Source of the DNA: an uncultured bacterium
GTDB taxonomy: Bacteria; Patescibacteriota; Minisyncoccia; Phycocordibacterales; UBA2100
Length of the DNA: 64,000 bases
Direction of reading: 5' to 3'
Assembly: GCA_903824595.1 (NCBI GenBank)
Contig: CAIJXH010000014.1
Coordinates: forward strand, 12,005-76,004
Below the pieces are notes generated by a model. The model ran no database searches. It worked only from the letters and a program-made list of their open reading frames with translations, and was not told the origin of the DNA. The position numbers and the translations under genes were made by a program. Numbering within the stretch: position 1 is the stretch's first letter; each line of letters opens with the position of its first letter. Shown piece after piece: positions 40,226 through 50,501 of this stretch.

Positions 40226-41049
40226 ACGATCATCTTTGCTTTGATCGTGGGATGACTCTGATAGCCGACGAGCTGAATATCGTCCATCGTAAATCCGTCG
40301 ATAGTTTGCACGTGAGGATTGAGTGAGAGCTGCGGCAACGGAAACGGTTCGCGCGCAAGCTGTTCTTTCACTGCATCAAAATGTTCGTGATAAATATGTG
40401 CATCATTGAGCGTGAGAATACATTCATGCGCTTCTGTACCGGTCACCTGTGCCAACATCTGGAGAAGCAACGAGTACGATGCGATATTGAACGGCACCCC
40501 GAGAAACATATCGCAACTTCGTTGAATCATGTGGAGCGAAAGTTTACCGTTGGCAACAAAACACTGAAACATCATGTGGCATGGCGGCAACGCCATCATA
40601 TCGAGTTCGCCCGGATTCCAAGCCGAAACAATGAGGCGACGATCATTCGGAGTGTTTCGTATTTTTTCTACGAGTCGCGCAACCTGATCCACCTCACTGC
40701 CATCGGGCGCACGCCAATGACGCCACTGGACACCATACACGCGACCGAGATCGCCATCAAACTTTGCCTTCGGCTTCCAGTACGGCGCCTCCGCATTGTC
40801 GGTCCAAATCGTGCGCTCACTTCCATTCAATACCTTGAGGCGATTATCATCACCAGATCCTTCAAGAAACCACAAAAGCTCACTTTTTACCGCTTTGAAC
40901 GCGAGTTTCTTGGTTGTTACCGCAGGAAATCCATCCGTCATCTTGAAACGCATTTGTATCGCAAACAGCGCGCGCGTTGCACCATTACGTCCCGAACGAT
41001 CCACTCCCTCGTCCATGATCCGCTTGAGAATGTCGTTGTAGATTTTCAT
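40222..41049 (-). CDS. thyA: Thymidylate synthase
   Basis: ALPPCH, QRSCD, GVPFNIASY, HIY. Confidence 0.96.
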   Translation of the reverse strand: MKIYNDILKRIMDEGVDRSGRNGATRALFAIQMRFKMTDGFPAVTTKKLAFKAVKSELLWFLEGSGDDNRLKVLNGSERTIWTDNAEAPYWKPKAKFDGDLGRVYGVQWRHWRAPDGSEVDQVARLVEKIRNTPNDRRLIVSAWNPGELDMMALPPCHMMFQCFVANGKLSLHMIQRSCDMFLGVPFNIASYSLLLQMLAQVTGTEAHECILTLNDAHIYHEHFDAVKEQLAREPFPLPQLSLNPHVQTIDGFTMDDIQLVGYQSHPTIKAKMIV

Positions 41050-41054
41050 GGTAA

Positions 41055-41732
41055 TTATCTTTTCTTCTTGATGTCACGATCCGTATACAGCCGCGGCAAC
41101 ATCATCTCGGGCTTCCACTGTTTTTTCAAATCGGCAACAGAATCACCCGATTGATACTTACCTGCTTTGGCGTAATTATTTGCAAGAATGGGACCCGTTT
41201 CAAAAAATACTATCTGTGCGATGCGGCGACCGACGACAAGAGGAATGTAGTAGTGCGCGGAATTGTTGGTAATCTCCATCGTCCAGCGATTCGTGTAGCC
41301 CACATCGCCCCAGCCAGCACACTTGCACACCTCGATAAAACTTCTGCCCAAGCTGCTGCGTGCCTTCATCATGGTTGTGATATGTTCTCGGCCGCCGATG
41401 AACTCCTGCGTGTGCCCGAGAATAGTCTCGCCCGGCGCAAGCAAGATAATGCGTTCATCGGGACGAATCCCCTGCCACTCAAATTTGTATTGCGCCAAAA
41501 CCTCTCGCGCGGTCTTTGCCTTGTGCGGCACCGTACCCCACACACGTTCTACATGGTTTTTATCGTAAATATTGTAGATATTCTCAAAATGCTTCGGCGG
41601 TTGCTCGGCAAAATAGTATTCGCCAAGCGTCACGTCATAGCTCGACGTCGCCAAATTCTCCCGCACAAAGGGCTCAATCACCACCACCCTTTCTTTCATC
41701 GCCTCGAGAATTCGTTTGTCAGATAGTGCCAT
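41055..41732 (-). CDS. dcd: dCTP deaminase-like protein
   Basis: LSD, SYDVTLG, ARSSLGR, DVGY...TMEI, RIAQIVF. Confidence 0.85.
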   Translation of the reverse strand: MALSDKRILEAMKERVVVIEPFVRENLATSSYDVTLGEYYFAEQPPKHFENIYNIYDKNHVERVWGTVPHKAKTAREVLAQYKFEWQGIRPDERIILLAPGETILGHTQEFIGGREHITTMMKARSSLGRSFIEVCKCAGWGDVGYTNRWTMEITNNSAHYYIPLVVGRRIAQIVFFETGPILANNYAKAGKYQSGDSVADLKKQWKPEMMLPRLYTDRDIKKKR

Positions 41733-41771
41733 AGGTAGCGTGTCCAAAACTATAGCATATACTGTCGAATA

Positions 41772-42455
41772 ATGGCACGCGGGATTCTCATCGACATAGA
41801 AGGCGGCGACGGAAGCGGCAAAGGCACACAGACCAAACTTCTCGTGGCGCGACTCGAGAAAGAAGGTCGCGCAATGGTTTCGTTCTCCTTCCCCCGCTAC
41901 TATGAATCTCGCGCGGGCAAGCTCATCGGAGAATTGCTTGCCGGCAAACACGGCGACTTCATGAGTATGCCGCCGTATGTATCAGCGCTTCCCTATGCAA
42001 TGGATCGCGCAGGAGCTGCCGCCACCATACAGCAAGCACTGGAGGCAGAACATATTGTTGTCTGCGATCGCTACACACCGAGCAACATGGCACACCAGAG
42101 CGCCAAACTTCCCAAAGACGAACAGGGTGCACTCGCCGATTTTATTGAAGGACTCGAATACGGCGACCTTTCGATTCCGCGCCCCGATGTGGTGATATAT
42201 CTTTCCGTCCCTACCGACATTTCATCCGAGCTGGTGACGAAAAAAGCCGAACGCGGCTATTTGGGCACATCGGGCGGTCGCGATCAGGCCGAACGCAACC
42301 TCCCCCACCAAGATCGCGCCCGCGCAGCATACATGCGCCTCGCGAGCGAGAAAGGATGGCACGTCGTGGAATGCGTGCAAGGCGGTACCATGCGCACCCC
42401 CGAGGATATTCACACTGAAATTTGGTCGATTGTGCAAACTTGCCTGTCGCGATAG
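41772..42455 (+). CDS. tmk: Thymidylate kinase
   Basis: IEGGDGSGKGTQ, FPRY, DRY, PD. Confidence 0.9.
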   Translation: MARGILIDIEGGDGSGKGTQTKLLVARLEKEGRAMVSFSFPRYYESRAGKLIGELLAGKHGDFMSMPPYVSALPYAMDRAGAAATIQQALEAEHIVVCDRYTPSNMAHQSAKLPKDEQGALADFIEGLEYGDLSIPRPDVVIYLSVPTDISSELVTKKAERGYLGTSGGRDQAERNLPHQDRARAAYMRLASEKGWHVVECVQGGTMRTPEDIHTEIWSIVQTCLSR

Positions 42456-42519
42456 GATTTCCCGTACGCGTATGACGTAATTTCATCCCGTACCATTTTA
42501 CTCATTCACCTATTCATAT

Positions 42520-43866
42520 ATGCACGCCTACCCTCGTATCAAAAAACAAGACCCAAAAATCTACAAGATGATCGAAAGAGAGTGGGATCGCCAAGCCGAC
42601 GGACTTGAGCTGATCCCCTCGGAGAATTACACCTCACCCGCAGTGATGGAAGCGATGGGAAGTATTCTCACCAATAAATACTCCGAGGGCTATCCCGGAC
42701 GCCGCTACTACGGTGGCAACGAATTCATCGACGAAATCGAACAAGAAGCGATCGACCGCACCAAGAAGATTTTCGGTGTCCCCTACGCCAACGTCCAGCC
42801 GTATTCCGGCTCCCCCGCCAATCTCGCCGTCTACGTCGCCACCTGCAAGCCCGGCGACACCGTGATGGGATTGAATTTGCCCGACGGCGGACACCTCACG
42901 CACGGCTGGAAATATTCCGCAACGGCGCAATTTTACAAGAGCGTCCCCTACCACGTGCGTCAAGACGGACGCGTCGATATGGAAGAAGTGCGTGCCCTTG
43001 CGCTCGAACACAAGCCGAAGCTCATCTGGGTCGGCGCGACGGCGTATCCGTACCAGTACGACTACGCCGCGTTTGCGAAAATCGCCGATGAGGTGGGCGC
43101 GTTCCTCGCGGCAGATATCGCGCACGTCGCCGGCTTGATAGTCGCAAGTGCACATCCATCGCCCGTGCCGCATGCGCACATCGTGACCACCACCACACAC
43201 AAGACGCTTCGCGGTCCGCGCGGCGGCATCATCATGACGACCGACCGCGGCATCAAGAAAGACGCCGAACTCGCGAGCCGCATCGACAAAGCCATCATCC
43301 CCGGACTCCAAGGTGGTCCACACAATCACCAAACCGCCGCAATCGCCATCGCACTCAAAGAAGCTGCCACGCCCGCCTTTCGCTCATACGGCAAGCAGAT
43401 CATAAAAAATGCAAAAGCGCTCGCCGATAGCTTGAAGACAAACGGCATGACACTCGTCTCGGGCGGCACGGAAAATCACCTCATCCTTCTCGATCTCGTG
43501 CCCATCTTCGGCGCAGGCGGCGGACATTTCGCGAGCGACGCGCTCGAAGCAGCGGGCATGACGGCAAATAAAAATACCATCCCCAAAGACCCCAGCTCCG
43601 CCTTCTATCCAAGCGGCGTCAGGATCGGCACGCCCGCCATCACCACCCGCGGCATGAAAGAAAAAGACATGAAGAAAGTCGGCGAATGGATCGCGCGCGC
43701 CATTCATGCGATTCAGGAGTATCGTTTGCCCGAAGGCAAAGACGCGCGCGTCGCCTACCTCGCACAGTGCAAAAAAGAGATCTTCCGCAACAAAGAGCTT
43801 CTCAAAATTCGCGCCGAAATCAAAACATTCTGCAAGAAGTTTGTGCTTCCCCATACTGCTCGATAG
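42520..43866 (+). CDS. glyA: Serine hydroxymethyltransferase
   Basis: LIPSEN, EGYPG.RYYGG, GGHLTHG, TTTHKTLRGPRGG. Confidence 0.97.
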   Translation: MHAYPRIKKQDPKIYKMIEREWDRQADGLELIPSENYTSPAVMEAMGSILTNKYSEGYPGRRYYGGNEFIDEIEQEAIDRTKKIFGVPYANVQPYSGSPANLAVYVATCKPGDTVMGLNLPDGGHLTHGWKYSATAQFYKSVPYHVRQDGRVDMEEVRALALEHKPKLIWVGATAYPYQYDYAAFAKIADEVGAFLAADIAHVAGLIVASAHPSPVPHAHIVTTTTHKTLRGPRGGIIMTTDRGIKKDAELASRIDKAIIPGLQGGPHNHQTAAIAIALKEAATPAFRSYGKQIIKNAKALADSLKTNGMTLVSGGTENHLILLDLVPIFGAGGGHFASDALEAAGMTANKNTIPKDPSSAFYPSGVRIGTPAITTRGMKEKDMKKVGEWIARAIHAIQEYRLPEGKDARVAYLAQCKKEIFRNKELLKIRAEIKTFCKKFVLPHTAR

Positions 43867-43900
43867 CGCCAACCCACGCTAAGCCGTATAATGCGTCACA

Positions 43901-45253
43901 ATGTCGGGCATAACACATCTCGATCTTGCGTCAATCATAGAAGTTGTCGGATACCCCGGAATATCACTGATGATATTCTTGGAATCAGGCGTATTGTTTG
44001 GATTTTTTCTTCCTGGCGCATCTCTTTTGTTTACCGCAGGCATCCTCGCATCGATCGGCATATTCAGCATGTGGACACTTCTACCCCTACTCTCTCTTGC
44101 TGGTATCGCAGGAGACAGTGTGGGATATTGGACTGGCATCTGGCTCGGCGACACGCTTTACAAAAGACCTCATTCGCGATTTTTCAGAAAAACTCATCTT
44201 GACGAGGCGCGCATGTTCTTTCAGCGCCATGGAGCCAAAGCAATATTTCTTGCCCGATTCATACCAGTGGTGCGCACCTTTACACCCATGGTTGCCGGTG
44301 CAGCAGACATGCACTACTGGACATTTCTACGCTGGAATGTATTCGGAGGCATACTATGGGTCAATTTGTTTGTGATTGCCGGATATGCCCTCGGACACAC
44401 CGTACCAGCGTCTGAACAATATCTCGCACCTATCTCAATCGGGATTATCGTAATAACACTGATACCCGTTATCGTGAGCTTGTTTCGTTCAAAATTCACG
44501 CACATCAAACCACAAGCGCTCATGCTCGACCTCGACGAAACACTCGCTCCAAATTTCCAGGCACCCGATGACGCAATGATAGAACGCATAGAACATATGC
44601 TCTCTCGCATACCCGTCGCTATTATCACCGGAGCATCGTATGATCGTGTATATTCTCACGTTGCCGCGCGCATCAAACCCGAGCTTCGTTTCAATCTATA
44701 CCTTTTCCCCACGAGTAGCGCCGAGGGATATAGATTCAAAGACGGTGCGTGGCACAAGGAATACGCTCATGAATTCAGTCAAGAAGAAAGCGAGTACGTG
44801 CTTCGCGCTATAGAACAAAGTGCTGTCGACACAGGTATTCTCAATGGATACACACCCCGCGGACAGCAGTATTTCAATCGATCAACGCAGATCGCATACA
44901 CGTTTCTTGGCATTGACGCAACACAAGATGATAAGTATTCATGGGATCAAGACGGCGCAAAACGTCGTCACTTCCTCGAAATACTTGCCAAAAAATTGCC
45001 CGCGTACGAGGTTCATATAGGAGGACGCACATCTATCGACATCACAAAAAAAGACATCACGAAAGCGCATGGCGTTGGTATATTTTCGCAATGGACACAT
45101 ATCCCGCCGCAGGCCATTCTCTACATAGGAGATGCGCTATTTCCCGGCGGCAACGACGCGGTAGTAATCCCAACAGGCGTTCATACCACGCACACAAGCG
45201 GTCCTGCCGAAACGGCATATCTTCTCGACACGCTACACAAGTCTTTTCAGTAG
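43901..45253 (+). CDS. DedA membrane domain fused to a HAD-IIB hydrolase
   Basis: [19 protein letters not shown]; then [24 protein letters not shown]. Confidence 0.85.
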   Translation: MSGITHLDLASIIEVVGYPGISLMIFLESGVLFGFFLPGASLLFTAGILASIGIFSMWTLLPLLSLAGIAGDSVGYWTGIWLGDTLYKRPHSRFFRKTHLDEARMFFQRHGAKAIFLARFIPVVRTFTPMVAGAADMHYWTFLRWNVFGGILWVNLFVIAGYALGHTVPASEQYLAPISIGIIVITLIPVIVSLFRSKFTHIKPQALMLDLDETLAPNFQAPDDAMIERIEHMLSRIPVAIITGASYDRVYSHVAARIKPELRFNLYLFPTSSAEGYRFKDGAWHKEYAHEFSQEESEYVLRAIEQSAVDTGILNGYTPRGQQYFNRSTQIAYTFLGIDATQDDKYSWDQDGAKRRHFLEILAKKLPAYEVHIGGRTSIDITKKDITKAHGVGIFSQWTHIPPQAILYIGDALFPGGNDAVVIPTGVHTTHTSGPAETAYLLDTLHKSFQ

Positions 45254-46494
45254 CTGCGCAGTTGTTTTGCGTTTTCGTGAAAACGAATACGCTCAAGAGC
45301 CTTTGCTTCAATCTGTCTGATGCGCTCGCGCGTCACACCGAATTCACGCCCAACTTCTTCAAGCGTAAAACATATTCCTTCATCGGTAAGACCATTGCGC
45401 ATCTCAAGAATTTTGCGCTCCTTCGGAGAAAGTTCATCCAAAATAGCACCCATTTGTTCTGAAAGAATGCGGCGTGACGCATCTTGATCAGGGCTGGCAA
45501 TAGAATCATCGGCAATAAACGACCCGAGCGTAGATCGCTCATCATCATCTTCACCCACAGGCGATTCCAACGACACTGTGTCCTGGTTTATTTTTTGGAT
45601 CGTATAGATCTTATCAACCTCGACACCCATTTCAGACGCTATTTCCTCGGGCAATGGATCCCGACCCAAATGCTGCGAGAGTTCACGCACTTTTTGTTTA
45701 TATTTTGCAATCGTCTCAACCATGTGCACTGGTATACGGATCGTGCGCGACTGATCTGCAAGCGCACGCGTTATTGCCTGTCTAATCCACCACGTGGCGT
45801 ACGTAGAGAACTTGTAACCTTTTGTGTGATCAAACTTATCAACCGCCTTGAAAAGCCCGAGATTGCCTTCTTGAATAAGATCAAGAAGCGTAAGATCGGG
45901 TGAACGATTCACGTACTTTTTTGCAATTGAAACAACAAGACGCAGGTTGCTTCGCGCGAGAATTGATCGCGCCTCGTCATCGCCCGCAATGATGCGTTTC
46001 GCCAAATCTTTTTCTTGCTCCCCATTGAGGAGCGGATATTGACCAATCTCGCGCAAATACATTTGCACAGAATCAAATCCCGCATCAGTGCGACGATGCT
46101 GAAGTTTTTTGCGTTCAAGTATAGAATCGACAGAGTCGTTCTCCAGCATACCTCCACCCTCGAGCACATCAATACCTGCGGTACCAAAACGCTCATACAT
46201 ACTTTCAAGCAATACCACATTGTCTTCGATGGTCGGAAATTCGCGCATGATCTCATCAAACGTTACATATCCGCGCTCTCGGCCAAGCGTAATGAGTGCT
46301 TCGACTTTCTCTTGCTGACGATTACGTCCAGAACCATTTTCCTTCACGCCTCTTGTCTTTTTCGTCGAAACTTTCGATGTACTCTCGACAGACTTGACCG
46401 ATGCGCGCGCACGGACAGCACGTCTAACAACCCTCTTTACCCGAGTCGGGGCGCGCTTCTTTGCGGTTCGTTTTTTTGTTTTTTTGATAGTCAT
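45247..46494 (-). CDS. rpoD: RNA polymerase primary sigma factor
   Basis: [42 protein letters not shown]. Confidence 0.95.
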   Translation of the reverse strand: MTIKKTKKRTAKKRAPTRVKRVVRRAVRARASVKSVESTSKVSTKKTRGVKENGSGRNRQQEKVEALITLGRERGYVTFDEIMREFPTIEDNVVLLESMYERFGTAGIDVLEGGGMLENDSVDSILERKKLQHRRTDAGFDSVQMYLREIGQYPLLNGEQEKDLAKRIIAGDDEARSILARSNLRLVVSIAKKYVNRSPDLTLLDLIQEGNLGLFKAVDKFDHTKGYKFSTYATWWIRQAITRALADQSRTIRIPVHMVETIAKYKQKVRELSQHLGRDPLPEEIASEMGVEVDKIYTIQKINQDTVSLESPVGEDDDERSTLGSFIADDSIASPDQDASRRILSEQMGAILDELSPKERKILEMRNGLTDEGICFTLEEVGREFGVTRERIRQIEAKALERIRFHENAKQLRSY

Positions 46495-46620
46495 GTATTG
46501 AAATATAGCAAAAGCCGCACTCCCCCTTTTGGGAAGACGGGAAACGCTGCATATGTCGTCAAATGTGGCGTATTTGCTAGAACAAATCGCATCTACACTG
46601 ACGGTAGACCACAGTATACA

Positions 46621-48318
46621 CTAATCTTTGAGAGCTGCAATCTGGTCGGTCAATGCTTTTGCACACCCTAGAAGACGGCTCGTCTCTGCGTCATTCCCGC
46701 TCGATTCTGATCGCTTGAGCATACCCATCACCGCCTCAAGCTCATCAGACAATCGCCCCCGTGTGATCACACGCAAAAGAACTTCTGTTTCCGCCACCAA
46801 TCCGCCGCTAGCTCCATGTACTCGTTCGGCAGAAAAACGTAACTGTTCTTTCTCGGCTGAATCCAATAATTCAAGCTCATCAAACACAGGCGCGCCCACG
46901 GCGATTTTCAATCGATGGACGTAGGAATCAACATCAAACGTCGCGTTTTCGACCGATTTCTGCCATACGTAAATTGCGTATGCTTGTTTTGCTCGATTGA
47001 GAGAAGCCGGGCGAATGAAAGGGTCTTTCTCTTCTGTACGCGCGACCACAGGCACGCGGGCAAGCGCTTCAACAACGGCATTTTCAGAAACTCCGAGCGC
47101 TCCTGCTATCATACGCACATAGTGCTCACGTTTGAGTGGTTCTGTCACATCGGCAACAAAAGGTAGGACTGATTCATACACGGCTCGACGAAATCGATCC
47201 GCATGCGTCACGTGTTCACCAAGTACCGCGAGCAAAAACGCAATAATATCCTCTGCGTTACGAATACTGTTTTTCCATGCATCTGCTCCCTGTTTCACTA
47301 TGAGGTCTGCAGGATCAAGCCCAGAGGGCAGTCGCGCTACTTTTACGTTGAGATTGCACGCAAGAGCAGCACGAGCAGCGCGTCCAGCCGCCTTGATACC
47401 AGCCTGATCAGCGTCAAGCGCGATGACGATATTTTCGGTCATGCGACGGATAAGTGTCGCATGTTCTTGCGTAAACGCGGTTCCTGACACCGCTACCGTA
47501 TTGTTCCAACCAGCACCATGGCTCATGATCAAATCCATCTGCCCCTCAACGAGCACCGCGCAATTGCTCTTGCGCATAGACTGTTTTGCGCGATCAAACC
47601 CATACAGCAATTTCGATTTTTGGAACAGCGGCGTTTCGGGACTATTGAGATATTTTGGCGCATCTGGGTGCGCTTCGATCCCGAAAATACGACCAGAAAA
47701 ACCAACAACACGCCCTGCAGGATCGGAGATGGGAAACATAATACGGTTACGAAATTTGTCTATCAGTCCTCCGCGTTCGTTCTTCTTGGCAAGACCAGCA
47801 GCAACAATGTCAACCTCCGAGTATCCTTTACCTCTCAAATGTTCCGATAGCGCACTCCACGACGATTCAGCATATCCTAAACGAAATGATGTGATCAGCG
47901 CATCAGATACACCGCGTTCGTGGAGATACTCGACTGCCTCCGTAGAAAAACGAGAAGCGTAGAAAATAGTCGCGGCTTCCAAAAGTTCGAAAAGCCTATC
48001 ACGTTCGTGGCGCGCATCTCTTTCAGTCCCATGCTGGCGGACGATCTCAACCCCAGCTTTCTCGGCTAATACCACGAGCGCTCCCTTGAAATCAATTCCC
48101 TCGATCGCTTCGACAAAAGAAAACATATCGCCACCAACACCGCATCCAAAACAGTGATACGTTCCTCGTTCTGGAGACACGAAAAAAGAAGGCGTGCGTT
48201 CCGCATGGAAGGGACATCGCGCGCGCATTCCACCGCCAGTCCGCTCGAGCTTCACATACGGAGAAACCACGTCGATAATAGACAGGCGGTCTTTTATTTG
48301 TTGGACTGTGTCGCTCAT
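46621..48318 (-). CDS. dnaG: DNA primase
   Basis: CPFH...CFGC, KYLNSPET, EGQMD, DAD, DPAD. Confidence 0.96.
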   Translation of the reverse strand: MSDTVQQIKDRLSIIDVVSPYVKLERTGGGMRARCPFHAERTPSFFVSPERGTYHCFGCGVGGDMFSFVEAIEGIDFKGALVVLAEKAGVEIVRQHGTERDARHERDRLFELLEAATIFYASRFSTEAVEYLHERGVSDALITSFRLGYAESSWSALSEHLRGKGYSEVDIVAAGLAKKNERGGLIDKFRNRIMFPISDPAGRVVGFSGRIFGIEAHPDAPKYLNSPETPLFQKSKLLYGFDRAKQSMRKSNCAVLVEGQMDLIMSHGAGWNNTVAVSGTAFTQEHATLIRRMTENIVIALDADQAGIKAAGRAARAALACNLNVKVARLPSGLDPADLIVKQGADAWKNSIRNAEDIIAFLLAVLGEHVTHADRFRRAVYESVLPFVADVTEPLKREHYVRMIAGALGVSENAVVEALARVPVVARTEEKDPFIRPASLNRAKQAYAIYVWQKSVENATFDVDSYVHRLKIAVGAPVFDELELLDSAEKEQLRFSAERVHGASGGLVAETEVLLRVITRGRLSDELEAVMGMLKRSESSGNDAETSRLLGCAKALTDQIAALKD

Positions 48319-48379
48319 GCCCTCATTATGCACCTACTGCATGTAGAACGCGAACAATAGAGTCGCGTAAATTCATATG

Positions 48380-48450
48380 TGGACCTACGGGGAGTCGGAC
48401 CCCGACCTCGTCCATGCCATGGACGCGTTCTACCGCTGAACTATAGGCCC
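48380..48450 (-). tRNA. tRNA-Ala(GGC)
   Basis: Cloverleaf; G3:U70 pair; anticodon loop ATGGCAT; no encoded CCA. Confidence 0.92.
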
Positions 48451-48518
48451 CTCACGATTCATTCTAGCAAAACCCTCACACGTACGCGAGTGTACCGCTT
48501 ACCAACGCGCGCACCAAG

Positions 48519-48590
48519 TGCCCTCGGCAGGAATCGAACCTGCATCGGCTCCTTCGGAGGGAGCCATCCTATCCATTGAACGACGAGAGC
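48519..48590 (-). tRNA. tRNA-Arg(CCG)
   Basis: Cloverleaf; anticodon loop CTCCGAA; GGTTCGATTCC; no encoded CCA. Confidence 0.93.
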
Positions 48591-48613
48591 GGCATTTTGA
48601 CTGTATCACTTCT

Positions 48614-49570
48614 CTATTCTGATTCAAAGAGCTCCGTCAAAGATTTATGTTGTTCGATACGTTTTATGGCATCGGCGAACAGATGCGCGACAGAAACACA
48701 CTCAATCTTTGGTGAAAGTGATTCGCGTATCGCAATCGTATCAGTGATAAACAAACGCGACAATGGCGACCGTTCGATCTTTTCAGACGCATCACCAGAC
48801 AACACGCCATGAGTTACCGCAGCATATACGTCACGCGCTCCATTGTGGATCAAAAGCTCGGCTGCCGTTACCAGCGTGCCGCATGTATCAGCAATATCGT
48901 CGATAATCAAGGCAATCTTTCCACGCACATCGCCTACCAACTTCATACGCGCAACATGATTCGGTATGTCACGTTCTTTGTGAATAAGCGCAAGGTCTGC
49001 CGAACGCATCAGGCGTTTCGCGTACGACTGAGCTCGCGCCACCCCGCCCGCGTCAGGAGACACAACCACAATTTCATCTTTCGCGATCGCCTTTTTGAAA
49101 AAAGAGCGCATGTGCGCCACCAACACGGGCCGAGCGTACAGATACTCAAGATTTGTCGTGCGGAAAAATCCTCCGATTGCGCTATTGTGAAGATCCATAG
49201 TGAGAACGCGGGACGCGCCTATGTGTTCCAGCAGCATGGCGAACACGCGCGCCGCAATCGGCTCGCGCGGCTTCGATTTTCGATCTTGACGTGCATATCC
49301 AAAATACGGAATGACCACATTGACAGAACGAGCAGAAGCGCCGCGCGCCGCATCGATTGCAAGCAAAAGACGCACCCAGTGTTCGGCAGGCGCATTGGTC
49401 GATTGGATCAGAAATATATCTCGCCCGCGCAAACTATCTTGAAATTGCACGTACTGTTCGCCATCAGCAAAAACTTTGCAGGTGACAACACCAAGCCTAA
49501 CCGACAATCGTGCCGCGATCTTTTTCGCGATGCCATCATTACTGCCAAGACTGTATATCATCGATTCCAT
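48614..49570 (-). CDS. prs: Ribose-phosphate pyrophosphokinase
   Basis: FADGE, PYFGYARQDR, SPDAGG, DDIADTCGT. Confidence 0.95.
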   Translation of the reverse strand: MESMIYSLGSNDGIAKKIAARLSVRLGVVTCKVFADGEQYVQFQDSLRGRDIFLIQSTNAPAEHWVRLLLAIDAARGASARSVNVVIPYFGYARQDRKSKPREPIAARVFAMLLEHIGASRVLTMDLHNSAIGGFFRTTNLEYLYARPVLVAHMRSFFKKAIAKDEIVVVSPDAGGVARAQSYAKRLMRSADLALIHKERDIPNHVARMKLVGDVRGKIALIIDDIADTCGTLVTAAELLIHNGARDVYAAVTHGVLSGDASEKIERSPLSRLFITDTIAIRESLSPKIECVSVAHLFADAIKRIEQHKSLTELFESE

Positions 49571-49675
49571 ATGCACGAATACATGCAAGTATAGCAAACC
49601 ACGCATGATATAGTGAACGTATATGAGTATTATCCATATAGAAAAATGATTCTTATCAGCATACTACGATCATCT

Positions 49676-50491
49676 ATGTACACACTTATCGCTGGTTTGT
49701 TTATGTCGTCAGGAATCTTTGGATTCGGCTTTACTCACGGTCACGCGCCTATTATCAGGTCACGCCCATCACCCACCCCAGCCCCAGTGCTCACGCCTGC
49801 ATTTCAAATACAATTTTCAGGCACTCCGTCGTTTGACGATCGCGCGTCGATATACGATCTCGATCTGTACGACACTGCCCAAGCCGACGTGCAGAAAGCA
49901 CACGCGCGAGGCAAAAAAGTACTCTGTTATATCAACGCCGGCGCCGTGGAAGACTGGAGACCAGACGCATCACAATTTCCCCCGTCTGTCGTAGGAAATG
50001 CGTACGCTGGATGGGCAGGCGAACACTGGCTCGACATACGAGCAATCGATCGCCTCGCGCCAATCATGTCGGCGCGTATTCAATTGTGTGCGGACAAAGG
50101 ATTCGACGGCATTGATTTTGACAACATGAACAGTTTTGAGAACAACACGGGTTTCCCGCTACAAGCATCAGATCAAATAACATACAACACGTGGCTCGCT
50201 TCACTCGCTCACGCAAAACACGTATTGGTTGGACTAAAGAATGATCCTTCACAAGCCAACACGCTTGTCGGTGTATTTGATTTTGCCATCGTCGAGAGCT
50301 GTGCCGCAGAGGGCTGGTGTACTGATTTCTCGCCATTTACCGCCGCTCACAAGCCCGTGTACGCCATTGAATACACAGATGTCACATCAGCAGCAGCGTT
50401 CAAAACATATTGCAAACGGTATACCGCCCAAGGGTACAACCTCGTTTTGAAACACCAATCTCTCGATGCGTGGGCGCAGTGGTGTCAGTAG
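49676..50491 (+). CDS. Secreted GH114 endo-alpha-1,4-polygalactosaminidase-like protein
   Basis: CYINAGAVEDWRPD, KGFDGIDFDN, GLKND, FDFAIVESC. Confidence 0.82.
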   Translation: MYTLIAGLFMSSGIFGFGFTHGHAPIIRSRPSPTPAPVLTPAFQIQFSGTPSFDDRASIYDLDLYDTAQADVQKAHARGKKVLCYINAGAVEDWRPDASQFPPSVVGNAYAGWAGEHWLDIRAIDRLAPIMSARIQLCADKGFDGIDFDNMNSFENNTGFPLQASDQITYNTWLASLAHAKHVLVGLKNDPSQANTLVGVFDFAIVESCAAEGWCTDFSPFTAAHKPVYAIEYTDVTSAAAFKTYCKRYTAQGYNLVLKHQSLDAWAQWCQ

Positions 50492-50501
50492 GACACGCCT
50501 T

